From Octopus vulgaris (Eukaryota), in contig OX597817.1 in the NCBI GenBank assembly GCA_951406725.2, positions 14,198,001-14,262,000 of the forward strand: DNA of 64,000 nucleotides, read 5' to 3'. The translations under genes and the position numbers were made by a program. Below, one piece after another: positions 39,081 to 53,815 of the stretch. Under the pieces are notes generated by a model. The model saw only the letters and a program-made list of their open reading frames with translations, was not told the DNA's origin and did no database searches. Numbering within the stretch: the first letter of the stretch is position 1; the number at the start of each line of letters is the position of its first letter.

Positions 39081-40011
39081 ATATATATATATATCGACAT
39101 ACGCATGCATACACACACTCACACACTCACTCATACTATTATATACAAATATATATATATTTATATACATACATACATACATACATACATACATACATAC
39201 ATACATACATACCTTACGACAACCGCTAATCCCAAATGTACACTTCTATTTCTTATGCATCCAACTCTCCAACAACAACGCTAATAACAATTTCGACCAA
39301 TCTCCATTACAGAAATACCCACGCCATTTTACCATCTATTCGCCAGTCCGAAGTCGTCAATAAGAAAGTTTCTAATTCTACTTGACGACTGTCGTGGAAA
39401 TATCGTTGCGTAACCTCGTCGTAAAATGTCGTGCTTTCTGCAACTTCTTTAATCATTCAATTGCCAGGCTAATCTGGTTTCTTTAGCCATTCTCGATGAA
39501 CCATGATTAATAACGCAAAAGAGTAAAAAAAAAAAGCAGTTAAGGAAACTATTTTTTTTAAAGTGGAAGACAAGCAGTAAGTGAAGGACAGATTGACCGA
39601 CAGATAACCAGACAAAGCGACATACTCGTAGACAGACTTTTCACTTTTTCTGAATTCTCTACTTTCGTCCCAAATATTCCCAGGGGTGTTTAAAAAATTA
39701 TTAAGCTGTCAGTTCTTATTTGGCGTTATATTTAGAATCTCATTCTTTATTTTAACTACGAGTATGTAGCCATTGAGTTGGAATCTCAAATATACAAAGG
39801 AACGAATGTTCGCATTCGGACACCAGCATCACGTTGCATTTACTATGAGGATACTTAAGGATCACAAGCTCTGTCTCATACCGAGCCAAAAAGGGAGTCC
39901 CCAACTATTTTTTTTAAAGTAAAGTCACATTGGATAATTTAAACCTAGATAGGGTACATTATTTACATTATTTACATTTGACAGATATTTGTCCTCATCT
40001 TGTTTGTTGTT

Positions 40012-40057
40012 AACACAACGTTTCGGCTGATATACCCTCCAGCCTTCATCAGGTGTC
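40012..40057 (-). ncRNA. Minimal type I hammerhead ribozyme (Penelope-type)
   Basis: Minus strand GACAC-CTGATGA-A-GGCTG(GAGGGTATAT)CAGCC-GAAAC-GTT-GTGTT: stems I and II paired, palindromic AACGTT stem III. Confidence 0.8.
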
Positions 40058-40131
40058 TTGGGGAAATTTCGAACCTGGGTTCTCATTCCTAAGGTTCTCT
40101 CTCGTAATCTCTTTCTTCTTTTCATACACAC

Positions 40132-40232
<101 letters not shown>

Positions 40233-40239
40233 TATATAG

Positions 40240-40279
<40 letters not shown>

Positions 40280-40282
40280 ATA

Positions 40283-40472
40283 GATCGCTAGCCACTAAAC
40301 CTTTTTTTATTTTCTCTCTCTGTTTATTTCTGTGTTCCTTTCTGTTAAAGAGCGTAGGCTCGAAACATAAAAGAATTTCTCACTTCCTGAGCGTTAAACT
40401 AATAAATCTGTTTGTTGTTTACAGACCCGTTTTCGTCTTTTTTTCTTTCTTTTTTTTTATAAATTCTCACTA
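40283..40472 (+). mobile_element. ~190-bp non-coding unit with degenerate hammerhead (40338-40373)
   Basis: CTTT-CTGTTAA-A-GAGC(GTAG)GCTC-GAAAC-ATA-AAAG; inverted homolog at 42200-42385; embedded in (TA)n. Confidence 0.65.
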
Positions 40473-40483
40473 TATCTATATGT

Positions 40484-40549
<66 letters not shown>

Positions 40550-40779
40550 TGTTTGGACAAAATGATGAAAATAAAACTTTTCATTTATTCGCAACATGGC
40601 AAAATCACAACTGTCTTAGACTTTATATATGCGTTCATACATATTATGTATACTTTGTACTTCAGGATGTAACCCCCTCTGCTTTTCGTTTTGGCAGATA
40701 TATTTGTATTTACTTAAGTTAATAAAATTTTGACAGTGATTTCAAAACATGCTTGTATATATATATATATGTATGTATG

Positions 40780-41907
40780 TAACTCTTCAACTCTGGGAGG
40801 TAGAAATCCGTTAGAGTCAGTTAGTTAGTAAGTAACCAAAGAATGAAGAATCCGTGGATGGGGACGGATTATCTCCCTTAGACCAGTTCATCTGGCTCTA
40901 AAAAGCGGTAACAGGTAATTTCGCCCTTCGGCTGCATTTAGTTCGTAAGAAAATTTGCGGGTCTAATCAATGAATGGGAAATTTCGTAGTTGCAGTAGGT
41001 GTGTTTGAAATGGATGCAGGGACTGTAAAATCCTGGTGAGAGTTTAGTAATCCGGGTTTCAGGGAGTCTTTGAGGATCCTTGATCGCTCAGCTATGCAAA
41101 GCTTGCAGTGTCCGATCCCATTAATGTAGGATCCCCGCTGCTCTATGATCCTCCACTTGATATCATATGTGGTCACTTCATCTTTGAGGCGCCACACTTG
41201 GCTTGTCAGGGATATGACGAATCGTCTTTCTGGAATCCTGAAAGAGGACTTGTGGTGGTATAGGCGCCGCTTGAAGGCAGTCCTGGTTGACTTGATATAT
41301 TTACAGGCTTGAGTGTTGGTTGTGTTCACATTTCTTGCGCATCTTCAGTTGGCTCCGGGCTTGGAGATGTTGTTGCCATCGGTGCTGTTATCATTACGAG
41401 GAGTGGGTCTGGTGATATCGCTGCGGATGTTGTCGTTGTGGTGGTCATCCCTTACCGTTGCGTTGGCGGTATAGTCGCCGATGGCGATGTGGGTGCCGTC
41501 GCTGGTAATACTGGGCGTGGAGCTGGTAGCCTCGCTGGTGCCTCTGGTGTCGACGTGATCGTCATCCCCCGACGTATTGCTGGTGTTGGGGTAGTTGGTG
41601 TCAGTGCTAATGTTTCTACCGCTGTCGCTGATGCTGTTGCTGTCGATATTGTTGGATGATCCGTTGCTGCTATTGATATGGTCGCTAGGTCTGGGTATCA
41701 CCACAACTTCATAGCTAAATCTCTCAGCCTAGCATTGCCCCACCGCACCACTGGGCAGTCATTGTGCTCCCTGAAAGAGCCACCGGCCTCCTCCCGCGTT
41801 TTATGGGTGTTTGCCAATATACTTTTCATGTGCTGATTGAACAAACGTCCGTACATGTGTGTCTGCGTGAAGTGTTTATCTACTAACCTGAGGAATATTC
41901 TACACAA
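40780..41907 (-). mobile_element. Penelope-like element 3' fragment (linker + GIY-YIG endonuclease + pLTR), decayed
   Basis: FLRLVDKHF..H...LFN linker; KYIKST..FKRRLYHHKSSF...VWRLKD...IKWRII...CKLCIAE...LLN is typical of the Penelope/Poseidon GIY-YIG domain. Confidence 0.85.
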
Positions 41908-42145
41908 GTCTTGATGTTAAGGGAGAAGGGTGGAGCAAAATTCCCAGACCGGACGGTATCCTGTGTTCTTGACCAAAACACCTCATCTCACGTTGCTCTA
42001 TGACCATTTCGACACATGACGCTTGATACACCGTGCACCTGTTCAGGTAAAATACAGCACGTTCATTTGATAACTATAAACAAATAATTTGTGCTGATGT
42101 TCGCCAAAGACTGAACAATCGTACATCGTCTTCGACGGGGAGTCC

Positions 42146-42199
<54 letters not shown>

Positions 42200-42204
<5 letters not shown>

Positions 42205-42385
42205 AGAGTTTACGAAAAAAACGAAAGACGAAGACAGGTGGTGTACAAAACAAACAGATGTATTAGTATAACGCTCAGGAATAGAAAAAGTATTTTACGT
42301 TTCGAGCCTACGCTCTTCTACAGAAAGGGACACAGAAAAAACAAGGAGAGAAAAAATGTGTGTAGTGGCTAACGATCTATCATGG
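42200..42385 (-). mobile_element. ~190-bp non-coding unit with variant hammerhead (42293-42327)
   Basis: Minus strand TTT-CTGTAGA-A-GAGC(GTAG)GCTC-GAAAC-GTA-AAA; flanked by (TA)n. Confidence 0.7.
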
Positions 42386-42394
42386 CGACTCATA

Positions 42395-42538
<144 letters not shown>

Positions 42539-42569
42539 TTGCTCTGTGTGTGTGTATGTGTGTATGCAG

Positions 42570-42876
42570 CCTTAAACAAATAGTTATATTAATAATTCTA
42601 ACACGTAACTCAATGCCAAAAGACAAATGGTAACGGCTGGTTTCCATCTTAGGTCTGCTTCGTCAGGTCTAACTGGAAGCTAAACAACAAAAAAAACTGT
42701 TTACAACCACGAAGAAATCCTACAGACCCGTGATCCTCATCAATTCCTATATCGTATATACCCTCATTTTGATGTATTTTGCTTTTACCCCCAAAACTAA
42801 TCACATGCAAAAATATACAATAAATAATCTCTCAATATAACAGAAGTAGCAGCGTCAAGATCACAAGTTAACTCTA

Positions 42877-42918
<42 letters not shown>

Positions 42919-42958
42919 AACATTTGTCTTTTGGTATTGAATTATGTTGTTAGAAATA

Positions 42959-42964
<6 letters not shown>
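42570..42964 (-). mobile_element. Penelope-like pLTR relic with inverted tail and decayed hammerhead (42632-42669)
   Basis: Inverted repeat 42587-42629 / 42921-42964; minus strand GAC-CTGACGA...GAAACCAGCC-GTT. Confidence 0.45.
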
Positions 42965-43000
<36 letters not shown>

Positions 43001-43220
43001 ATCGGTCTGGCATGTTTATATCGGCCTGGTGTGTTTTTCACACTCCTGTGATGTGAATCTTCGTCAGCTTGTCAGTACTATAAACACCATGAAACGTGTT
43101 GACTACACTTATCTTCCATTGGTTGCATCTATCTAGCCACCGAACGACATCTCTGTTTAGATGACTTCTCTCTCTCTCTCTCTCTCTCTCTTTCTATCTA
43201 TGTATGCATATATATATATA

Positions 43221-44393
43221 TCTTTATATATATAAAACTGAGAATGTGTGTCTGTCTGTCTGTGTGTTTCCCTAAAACTTGAGAACTACACAACCAATTT
43301 CATTTAAACTTTACACATGCCTTACTTAGAGTCCGGGGAGTGTCATCGGCAAAAATTTTTTTTTACTTTTTGCCTAGGGCGAGCCCACAGCAATATCATA
43401 TCTTCTCCACTACGATTCCCTAAAACTTGAGAACTACACAACCAATTTCATTCAAATTTTACACATGCCTATGGGCAAAAAAATGTTCAACATCTTGCCT
43501 AGAGCGAGCCCATAGCAATATCATATCTTCTCCACTATTTCAGTATTACGTGTTAAAAGTGAAACAAAAACATTTCTCTATTTTATGTCAGATACTTTCA
43601 CTTTAACAATAAAAATAATAATAACAATTGAATTATATGTAGTAAGTAAAATTAAAATCAAACTAAAGTATAATATAATCGTAACATTAAAAAAAAGTAA
43701 AAATAGCAATTGGTATAAAATTGCATCAATGACTTGAACTTGAATAAGTGGTTTCACATGAATGGGAATAAATTGAAAATAAAATTAGCGTGCAGAAATG
43801 GAATAGTCCAGATGGATAATAAAAAATTAAATTAAAGAAAAGACTATTGTCTATAAAGTATACAATGTAGAGAAAAAAAAAGATTTGAACACATAGAGAA
43901 AAGCACCTTCGAAAAGTGTCTTGGTGCGATTATGAAAGATATCTAATCAGAGGCGGTAAATTCGCCACAATAGAAGCAAGGTTCGAGTCAACGGAGCATT
44001 GCAAGGGAGTACTCGACTCGAACTTGCAAAGTGGAAATATTTTATTCTTACCTCTATATCTGGGACGTAGGACGTCTCGGAAAAAAAAATTTATATGCAC
44101 CCCCACCCGCCCCACCTCCGAAGTAGAGGTAGGCTGGATTGTAGCCACACTTCTATACAAGAGGGAGGACAAGATACAATTGATCGAAATTACAAGATAC
44201 GGGCTTACAATCCCAGTCTGTTATATATTTTGAGTATTGTTATCACTAGCGATATCAAGATATAACTTTGTATTTTGTATTTTACGTGTAGATGTATATA
44301 TATATAGATGTACATGTAATATGTACACATATATATGCACATATATACATGCACTAGCACTATGACCCGGCAACGACGGGTCTTTAACGCTAG
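43221..44393 (+). mobile_element. Non-autonomous Helitron containing an ORF1-like fragment
   Basis: A|TCTTTATATATATAAAA start followed by (GTCT)n; 3' hairpin GACCCG-GCAACGA-CGGGTC and CTAG|T at 44390-44394. Confidence 0.7.
43812..44205 (+). pseudogene. Fragment of the same ORF1/gag-like family as 3685-4671
   Basis: KTIVYKVY..FEKCLGAIMKDI / YLIRGGKFATIEARF..LFLPLYLGRRTSR..EVEVGWIVATLL versus KTIVYRPY..YLARGRKYGTV..VLLPTYLGRRTSR..EVNVAWLLAAIL. Confidence 0.85.
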
Positions 44394-44607
44394 TAGATAC
44401 ACATATATATATATGATATCGGTCTGGCATGTTTATATCGGCCTGGTGTGTTTTTCACACTCCTGTGATGTGAATCTTCGTCAGCTTGTCAGTACTATAA
44501 ACACCATGAAACGTGTTGACTACACTTATCTTTCATTGGTTGCATCTATCTAGCCATCGAACGACATCTCTGTTTAGCTGACTTCTCTCTCCCTTTCTAT
44601 CTATGTA

Positions 44608-44680
<73 letters not shown>

Positions 44681-44711
44681 ATATATGAATATATAAACAT
44701 ATATGAATATG

Positions 44712-45045
44712 ACCAGGAACAAGCATGGTTAAGATGCTCGCTTGGCAACCAAGTGGTCTCGGGTTCAGTCCGGCTGTGCGGCATGTTGGACAAATGTCCT
44801 TTTTTATCTTGTGAGACCAATACCTTGTATGTGAATTTGATAGGCAAAATCTGTGTAGAAGCTCATCGTTTATATGTGTGTGTATATGTTTGTAGCCCAC
44901 CATTGCTTGACGAATTGTGTTTACGATCCTATAACCTAGACGTTCGGCTAAGAGATACATGAGATAAGCACCACACCTAAAAATTAGTCCTGGGGTGGTG
45001 TCTCAGCATGGCCACAGCTCACTAACTGAAGCAAATAAAAGGTAA
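44712..45045 (+). mobile_element. Diverged SINE family A
   Basis: ggttcagtcc B box and cagcatggccacag...actgaagcaaataaaa tail. Confidence 0.6.
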
Positions 45046-45057
45046 GAAGTATATAAT

Positions 45058-45189
45058 TGACTTATTCTTTGTAAGCCTAGTACTTATTCTATCGGTTTCT
45101 TTTGCCGGACCGTTAAGTAAGGGAGGCATAAACACACCAACATTGGATGTCAAGCGATGATGGGTAGACAAATACAGACACACTAATAC

Positions 45190-45283
<94 letters not shown>

Positions 45284-45443
45284 GACGGGATCCTTTCAGT
45301 TTCCGTCTACCAAATCCAGATACAAGCCTTTGGTCGGCCCAAGGCTATATACTACACTAGCCCGAGGTGCCACGCAGTGGGACTGAACCGGGAACCATAT
45401 GGTTGGGAAGCAAGCTTCTTAACCACACAGCCACGCCCGCGCC
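45058..45443 (-). mobile_element. SINE family A, 3'-truncated
   Basis: Match to family A. Confidence 0.8.
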
Positions 45444-45518
45444 TATCTACAAATTCAGTTTCAAACACGCTGTGCCGGTAACTAGTTGATGTACACATAT
45501 GTATATGTACGAATGCGC

Positions 45519-45575
<57 letters not shown>

Positions 45576-45827
45576 GTGTGTGTGTGTGTGTGTGCGTGTT
45601 TATGAAAATTTCATTGAGACTCAACTTGAAGCTTTGCCAGGGATGTGTGGCTTGTTCAAACTCATTTGGGCATAAACTACACATTCAGTGAAACTTCGAA
45701 ATCAACGTCGATGAAATTACAATGGACGTCAGACTCCTTCACCTGTATTGAGTGCGTTATTCTATGTTTGCCGGTTTTGTATGAATAAAAACACCCATTG
45801 TAATAATAAATACCTTGATATGTATGT

Positions 45828-47139
<1,312 letters not shown>

Positions 47140-49083
47140 GCGACTGTGGAATCTATTTTGTTTAGATTTTCCAATATCATATCGTCTGTCTTCGCAAATA
47201 TCACGTAAATGAACTGTCAGCTTCACTTGGAACGTTTTAAAAAATGTTACACTTTCAGTCTGCACAATGCAGTAACCAATAATAATTTCCTGCCAAGATA
47301 GACTGCATCATACCCGTCAAAATTCGCTGCTTGGTGGTGTCACATTGTCGATGATGTAGTTGCTATTTCCAGCCACCAGGATATCGTAACTGTTTCCTTA
47401 ATACTCCAAGAAGTAAATTGCTTATTTGTTACCATTATTCAATACGGTGCTTAATTTAGCTAAAATTGCTTTTTTAATTTGGCATTATGACTCTGTATTA
47501 AACTAATGGTTAGCATTCTCCCTAGCAATGTTCCCAACTCGCCTAGAGAAGGTAGAACATTCCTATTCTCGCTGATGAATACAATGTCATCAATACAAGA
47601 ATATTTAGGAAAATGGGAATTATATTAGGCTGTATCCCGCAAGTCCATGACAATTCACGTTTCCCTTTTCTCTGCCACCAATCTAAATCCTAGTTCCTGT
47701 ATATATCACGCAACTACAACAGTTGATTTAATCGGCCATATTCTCCCTAAAAGTTTATGTGCACGCACCTTTGTTATAAATGGTCACATGCAATAACAGG
47801 CAAGAAAACAACTTTTTAAATTATTAGAATTTTAAGCAAATCTGCATGATACAGTTGAGATCTTTCTCTTCGACATCATATGTCAAAGGGAAAACCGTAT
47901 ATCTTATCTTTTTTTTTAATTTTACTGCAGAGAACATGCCATTTATGTATATGTTAGCAGAAATTTTGCGATAAATATTTGTTTTTGTTTTGTCATCATT
48001 TTGTTGTCATTTCACGTGACAATCTGTGACATTACTTCAACTCTTTCCACCTTCACTGAGGCCACTGCTGCCGTTATTGGTGAGGCTTGTGACGCACTTG
48101 TAAATGTCAAATTTGTTGTTGGTATTATTCTTGTTCTTCGAATGTTGCCTAACGATGTGCTTTTCAACAAACATGATTCCTTATTTTTCATTGCTTACCC
48201 ACAAATCAAATATTACAACACACAGAAATACAACCGCTGTAAAAAAAACAAATAGTAGCGAGACAACGCCAGTAAATCGAAAGCAAAATTCTAGAAATAC
48301 TTACTAGAGTCGTTCTTTCTCTTAGCATAAATATCTGATCAATTATTTCTAGAGCAAGAGATAATCTTCCAATGAGCCAACTCAGGAAGCCGTTTTCTAA
48401 TTCCTATTTGAAGCTATTTTATTTCAGCAACGCTTATAATATCCTAGGGATGAAAGATATGCACGTCAAAGCATTCTATTTCTCCTCATCTATAATTCCG
48501 ATGCCTTACGGCTATAATTAACAGCGAAAGTACGGTGATATGTTTATATATAATTCACAGATTGTGGTAGAATTATGTTTATATATTGTAAAGACAAAAT
48601 CGATAAATGGCTAAAACCATATCTTGAGCTGGAGATATGGCTTCATATACTTAACTGTCTTTTCTTATGTAACTTTAATCAAGACACTATATTGTGTGGT
48701 CAAACTAAGCAAAGGGAACCGATATCAGAACGTGCAGGAATGTTATCTGCGATAAACCAGTGCCACTCATCCGGTTATCAGTAAATAAAACGAAGCTAAG
48801 CATCCTTTATGAGTAATAGTAGGTTGTAGACATTTTATTCGTCAAGGTGATTTTTTTGTCTGTCTCTGGTAAACGAGAACAGCGACCCAGGTTTCGAATT
48901 TCAGATGGAGTCATTTGACACTATTTACACCACTACTACCTTCCAAAACTCATGAATATAGTAACCATGAGGTAGTATACTACTATCACAAGGTTACTAA
49001 TCGACTAACTCCTTTTCTCAATATTGCTGGCCTTGTGCCAAAATTTGAAACCAATATTACATACGAGATGAGTGCAGTAGTTG

Positions 49084-49690
49084 TATTAGGTCGTTCTGAA
49101 AATAATGGCCGATTTCAGAAAGAATTTTATTCTGGAAAAATTAACAATAGAAATGTTTTGATTAGTCAAAGTATGAGCCGTGAACATCTCTGCATCTCTG
49201 CCATCGATCAATGAGATTATTTATGCCTCGTTGATAAAAAATTATTGGCTTTGATGCTAAGAAATCTTTGAAAGCTGATTCCACTTAAGGTTTGGACCTG
49301 AAAGTTTTATCACTTAAAACTGTGTTTAAATGCTTTAAAAAAATAGCAGTCAGTGGGTGGAAGATCAGGAGAATATGGAGGATGTGGTAAGGTCTCGTAT
49401 TCCAAGTCTGTGAGTTTCTGCAGCGTCATTCTTGCAACAGGTGACTTTGCATTATCGTGGAGCAGAATTGGGCCACGCAGATTCATCAATGCAGGTCTCA
49501 TTTTTTGCAAGTGAGCATGCATTTCAGTGAGTTGATTGCAGTAAACTTATGCTGTAATGCTCTGATTGGCTTCAGAAAGCTGTAATGGACAAGACCAATT
49601 GCAGACCACCAGACAGTCACCATAATCCTTTGCTGATATAACTTGAACTTTGGGAAATGTTTGGGGGACTCATCACGATTAAGCTATTGA
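49084..49690 (-). mobile_element. mariner (DD34D-type) transposase 3' relic
   Basis: ILLHDNA..VAR..LPHPPYSPDLPPTD motif; TIR-like tattaggtcgttctgaaaataatg at the left end. Confidence 0.85.
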
Positions 49691-49697
49691 TATATAT

Positions 49698-49920
49698 ATA
49701 AAGTTAATCCAAACAAGAAAACACAAAAAACAAAAAAAAAACACAGCAACACAAGGACGTGGAACAAATAAAGTATTATTGGATGCTCAGGAAAGAAGGG
49801 AAGAAGGAGGGTTTAACGTTTCGAGCGGAGCTCTTCGTCGGAAACATAGGAGAAGGAAAGATCCCGAGAAGGGAAGACAGAGGGAAAAAAATCGCCAGTG
49901 GTACTCACGAGGTCACATAT
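49698..49920 (-). mobile_element. ~220-bp non-coding hammerhead-bearing unit inserted next to the mariner relic
   Basis: Flanked by (TA)n; homologous to 38978-39080 and distantly to 42200-42385. Confidence 0.75.
49811..49845 (-). ncRNA. Minimal type I hammerhead ribozyme with variant core (CCGACGA)
   Basis: GTTT-CCGACGA-A-GAGC(TCC)GCTC-GAAAC-GTT-AAAC. Confidence 0.65.
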
Positions 49921-49922
49921 TG

Positions 49923-49999
<77 letters not shown>

Positions 50000-51676
50000 A
50001 ACATATCTTACGTTGCTTAACATCGATCGAATGAGAAAGGCGTATTCATTACATGCCGTAGACAGTATGGTTCTTTTTAAATTAAACCTGAAGCTGAGTG
50101 TTTGTTTGCGACTCGAGTTTCTCCTCACTTTACGTTCAATATTCAGACCTCAAGATGCAGCGTCTTTACCGGACTTCCGCATTTCCTCTGTAACAAACTA
50201 GGCCCACAAGACATTTGTCAACTCGGAGCTACAATTGAAGACACTTACCCAAGATGCGATTGATCTCAGAACCAAGTGTTTGTGGTAGCTACTTCTTAAC
50301 CATACGAACTTGCCTGTACCTATGATATACAGACAATAAAATATATAAACTGCATTACTGTTTTCTCTTAATTAAGGAAAAAAAAGGCGAATTCAGTTAC
50401 AAGAAGAATTAGAACACCAGTTGTAAGTGAAGGTATTCATAATAGCCATACGATCAAAAGGTAATGTTCTTAGCCTTCTTGGCATAAATTGTTTCCCCGG
50501 AACAATCGTAATATAAAGGAAAATTTTAAAAAGTGATAAAAAAAAAATGAAATAAAATATTAATGTTTCTGTGAAAATAAAGCTTGATGAGAACGACTGA
50601 ATAAATAAAAAAGATAAAGAAGTGAGACTATCTCTGTTCATTTCCCAACATCTACCAATTATTTGTCTCATCTATTTATCTATTCTTTTTGATCTTACTA
50701 CATAGTTTTCGGGATATAGATACGGTTCTACTTCTAAGGAACGGTGCGTCTTTATTGCATTTCAGTGTCCTTTCACGTATATGTGACAGCAGTTATCATA
50801 AATTGCATGATTTTTAGTAGTTTTTCTTCTATGCTTTGATATTTTCCGTTTTATAATATATTTTTTTATAAGTGATCTACGATCTACATCTTATTTCGTA
50901 GTCTTTCGCTGTTGTTGATTTTTTTCTTAGCTTGTTCTATATTTGGTAGAGAAGTATGTCTTGGAAATGTGTTTGTGAAGTAGACAGGTGAAGAATTTCA
51001 AAATATTTCTATTCTGTCTAGTAAATGTCTAGTCTACCTTGGAACTACCATTAAGAAACATTCCATCAAATGATTACAGTGATTTACCTTCTGTAAAGTC
51101 ATAAATATATAAAACGGAATATACAAGTAAACAGCGTTTTCTTTATTGCTAAAATATATATATATGTGATTTGTGTTTCATCTGTGGTTCTATGTAGCTA
51201 TTAACATATATATCTTATGCACATTTTTGTTTTTGTTATTTTCTTCAGGCATCGCGGTGTAGTTAAGAAGATCACTTTACAACCTCGTATCTAGGTTTCG
51301 ATCCCAACGCTTTGGGCATCACTTTGGGCGAGTCCTCTTTTACGATACTCTCAACACGACGACTACTTTGTGACTGGAATGTGCTGCGTGGAAACTGAGC
51401 AGAAATTATATCTCGAACCCACAAGAGTAAACAAGAGAGACAGAGATAGGCAGAAACAAAGAAAATGCCCCTTGTATTTGAATGCTAAGCAAATATTCTT
51501 TTCAAAAACTTTTCTTTTAATTTTTCAAAAATTTAATTGTTTTCCATACTTACAGTTGAAAAAGTCTCAATGACTGAAACCGGTACTGAAATGTTTTCTT
51601 ATAAAATTATTTTAGCATTTTCTACCTTGACTTTTTTTTCCATATATATCAACTCGTGTGTTCCTTTTCGACCTTC

Positions 51677-51733
<57 letters not shown>

Positions 51734-51907
51734 AAATTACATATATTTAGAAATTTCGAGAGAACGTAAAATAATTATCCTTTTCTTTCTTTTGGAACGG
51801 TGAAACTTGAATCAGATAAAGCTGTGAATAATAATTTGGGTTAAAAATGGATTTGCATAGAAAAAGTCTACTCGAGTTTCACCACTGCTCCAAATATCAT
51901 TGTCGAT

Positions 51908-51959
<52 letters not shown>

Positions 51960-51960
51960 G

Positions 51961-52007
<47 letters not shown>

Positions 52008-52247
52008 GTATGTGTGTGTGTCTTGTACTATTGCTTCGAGCCAAGCAAAACCTTGTGACTGGATTCGGTAGACGGAAACTGAAAGAAGCCCATCGAATAT
52101 ATATATATATATATAATATTTATTTAATTTAGTGATTTTTAGAATAATATTATAATATATTTAAAATATTTCTATACACGATTTATTATAGATAAAATCT
52201 TTCACTAGTAATTGAATTACTTAATAGAGGTTTTGTCTCTTATTATT

Positions 52248-52630
<383 letters not shown>

Positions 52631-52643
52631 TATATATATATGT

Positions 52644-52697
<54 letters not shown>

Positions 52698-52740
52698 GTA
52701 TGTATATATATATGTATATGTATGTATATATATATATATG

Positions 52741-52833
<93 letters not shown>

Positions 52834-53574
52834 GTAGGTTTGTATGTATACTTTGTATGTATATATGCATGCATGTGTACGTGTTTTTGTGTGTGTGTCC
52901 CCTTATACTTGTCCTCCACCGCCGCTTGACAACAGGTGTTGGGGTGTTTATGTCCCCGTAGCTTTGCGGTTTGGCAAAGAATTTTTCTTTACTGGCTTTA
53001 TTCTCTTTTTTAAAAAAATAAATGCTAAGATTAATTCATTCGACTAAAAATGTTTCAAGGCGGTGCACCAGAATGGCCGCTGTCTAATAACTGAAACACG
53101 TAACAGATAAAAGTTATATAACTTTTTTCTGGGTTTCACAGTTCAATACCAAAACAAACAAATAAAATTAACGTTTTTTAGTCCGATTACTCATATCCTA
53201 AATTGGATTTCTTGGTGCCTGAAGAAAATTAAATAAATAAACTTTACTCTCACATCGGCATACTTGGAGATTTTATCACTCAGTTCTATTTTAGAAAGAG
53301 GAGTCTATATATAGAAAGATTGCTATTCTTTTGAAGGCAATTTTCCATAGAAATTCTAGTGCCAATCCTATGTGTTTTCCTCATAGGTAAATAGGAGCAA
53401 GTCAAACTAATTACTATACAGAGACATCAAAAGTAATAATACACTTGACTAGTTTCTTTTTTTAATTTTATCAAATGAGTGAGCCTCTGTGTGGTAACTC
53501 GGCCTGTCAGAAATAGTAGCTAAGTTTCAGTCGAATCACATCATTCCGTCTTAAGGGTGTGATTTACCTGAAAC

Positions 53575-53781
53575 GTCCGTAGCCGTTTGCCAGCTCCGTG
53601 TGGCACCTGTGCGGGTGGCACGTAAAAAGCACCCACTACACTCACAGAGTGGTTGGCGTTAGGAAGGGCATCCAGCCGTAGAAACACTGCCAGATCAGAC
53701 TGGGCCTGATGCAGCCTTCTGGCTTCACAGACCCCAGTTGAACCGTCCAACCCATGCTAGCATGGAAAACGGACGCTAAAC

Positions 53782-53814
<33 letters not shown>

Positions 53815-53815
53815 A
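53575..53815 (+). mobile_element. SINE/RTE-associated 3' portion ending in (GAT)n
   Basis: ggttggcgttaggaagggcatccagccgtagaaac...ggacgctaaacgatgatgat tail. Confidence 0.7.

Larger units (their letters stand above)
42999..44615 (+). repeat. ~210-bp near-identical direct duplication (42999-43215 / 44416-44615) bracketing a Helitron
   Basis: atatcggtctggcatgtttatatcggcctgg...tttctatctatgtatgcatata occurs twice. Confidence 0.92.

Noticed and set aside
40912-40945. Hammerhead in the Penelope pLTR (GCC-GAAG-GGC-GAAA on minus strand)
   Set aside because: The core reads CTAAATGCA and no cleavage triplet or stem I is evident; too decayed to call.
41309-41659. Plus-strand Val/Gly/Ala-rich ORF as a membrane protein
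   Set aside because: It is the antisense shadow of the low-complexity insert in the Penelope frame.
48013-48190. Short minus-strand ORFs (MKNKESCLL..., MFVEKHIVR...) in unique sequence as a host exon
   Set aside because: No recognisable domain or convincing splice context; cannot be supported without expression data.
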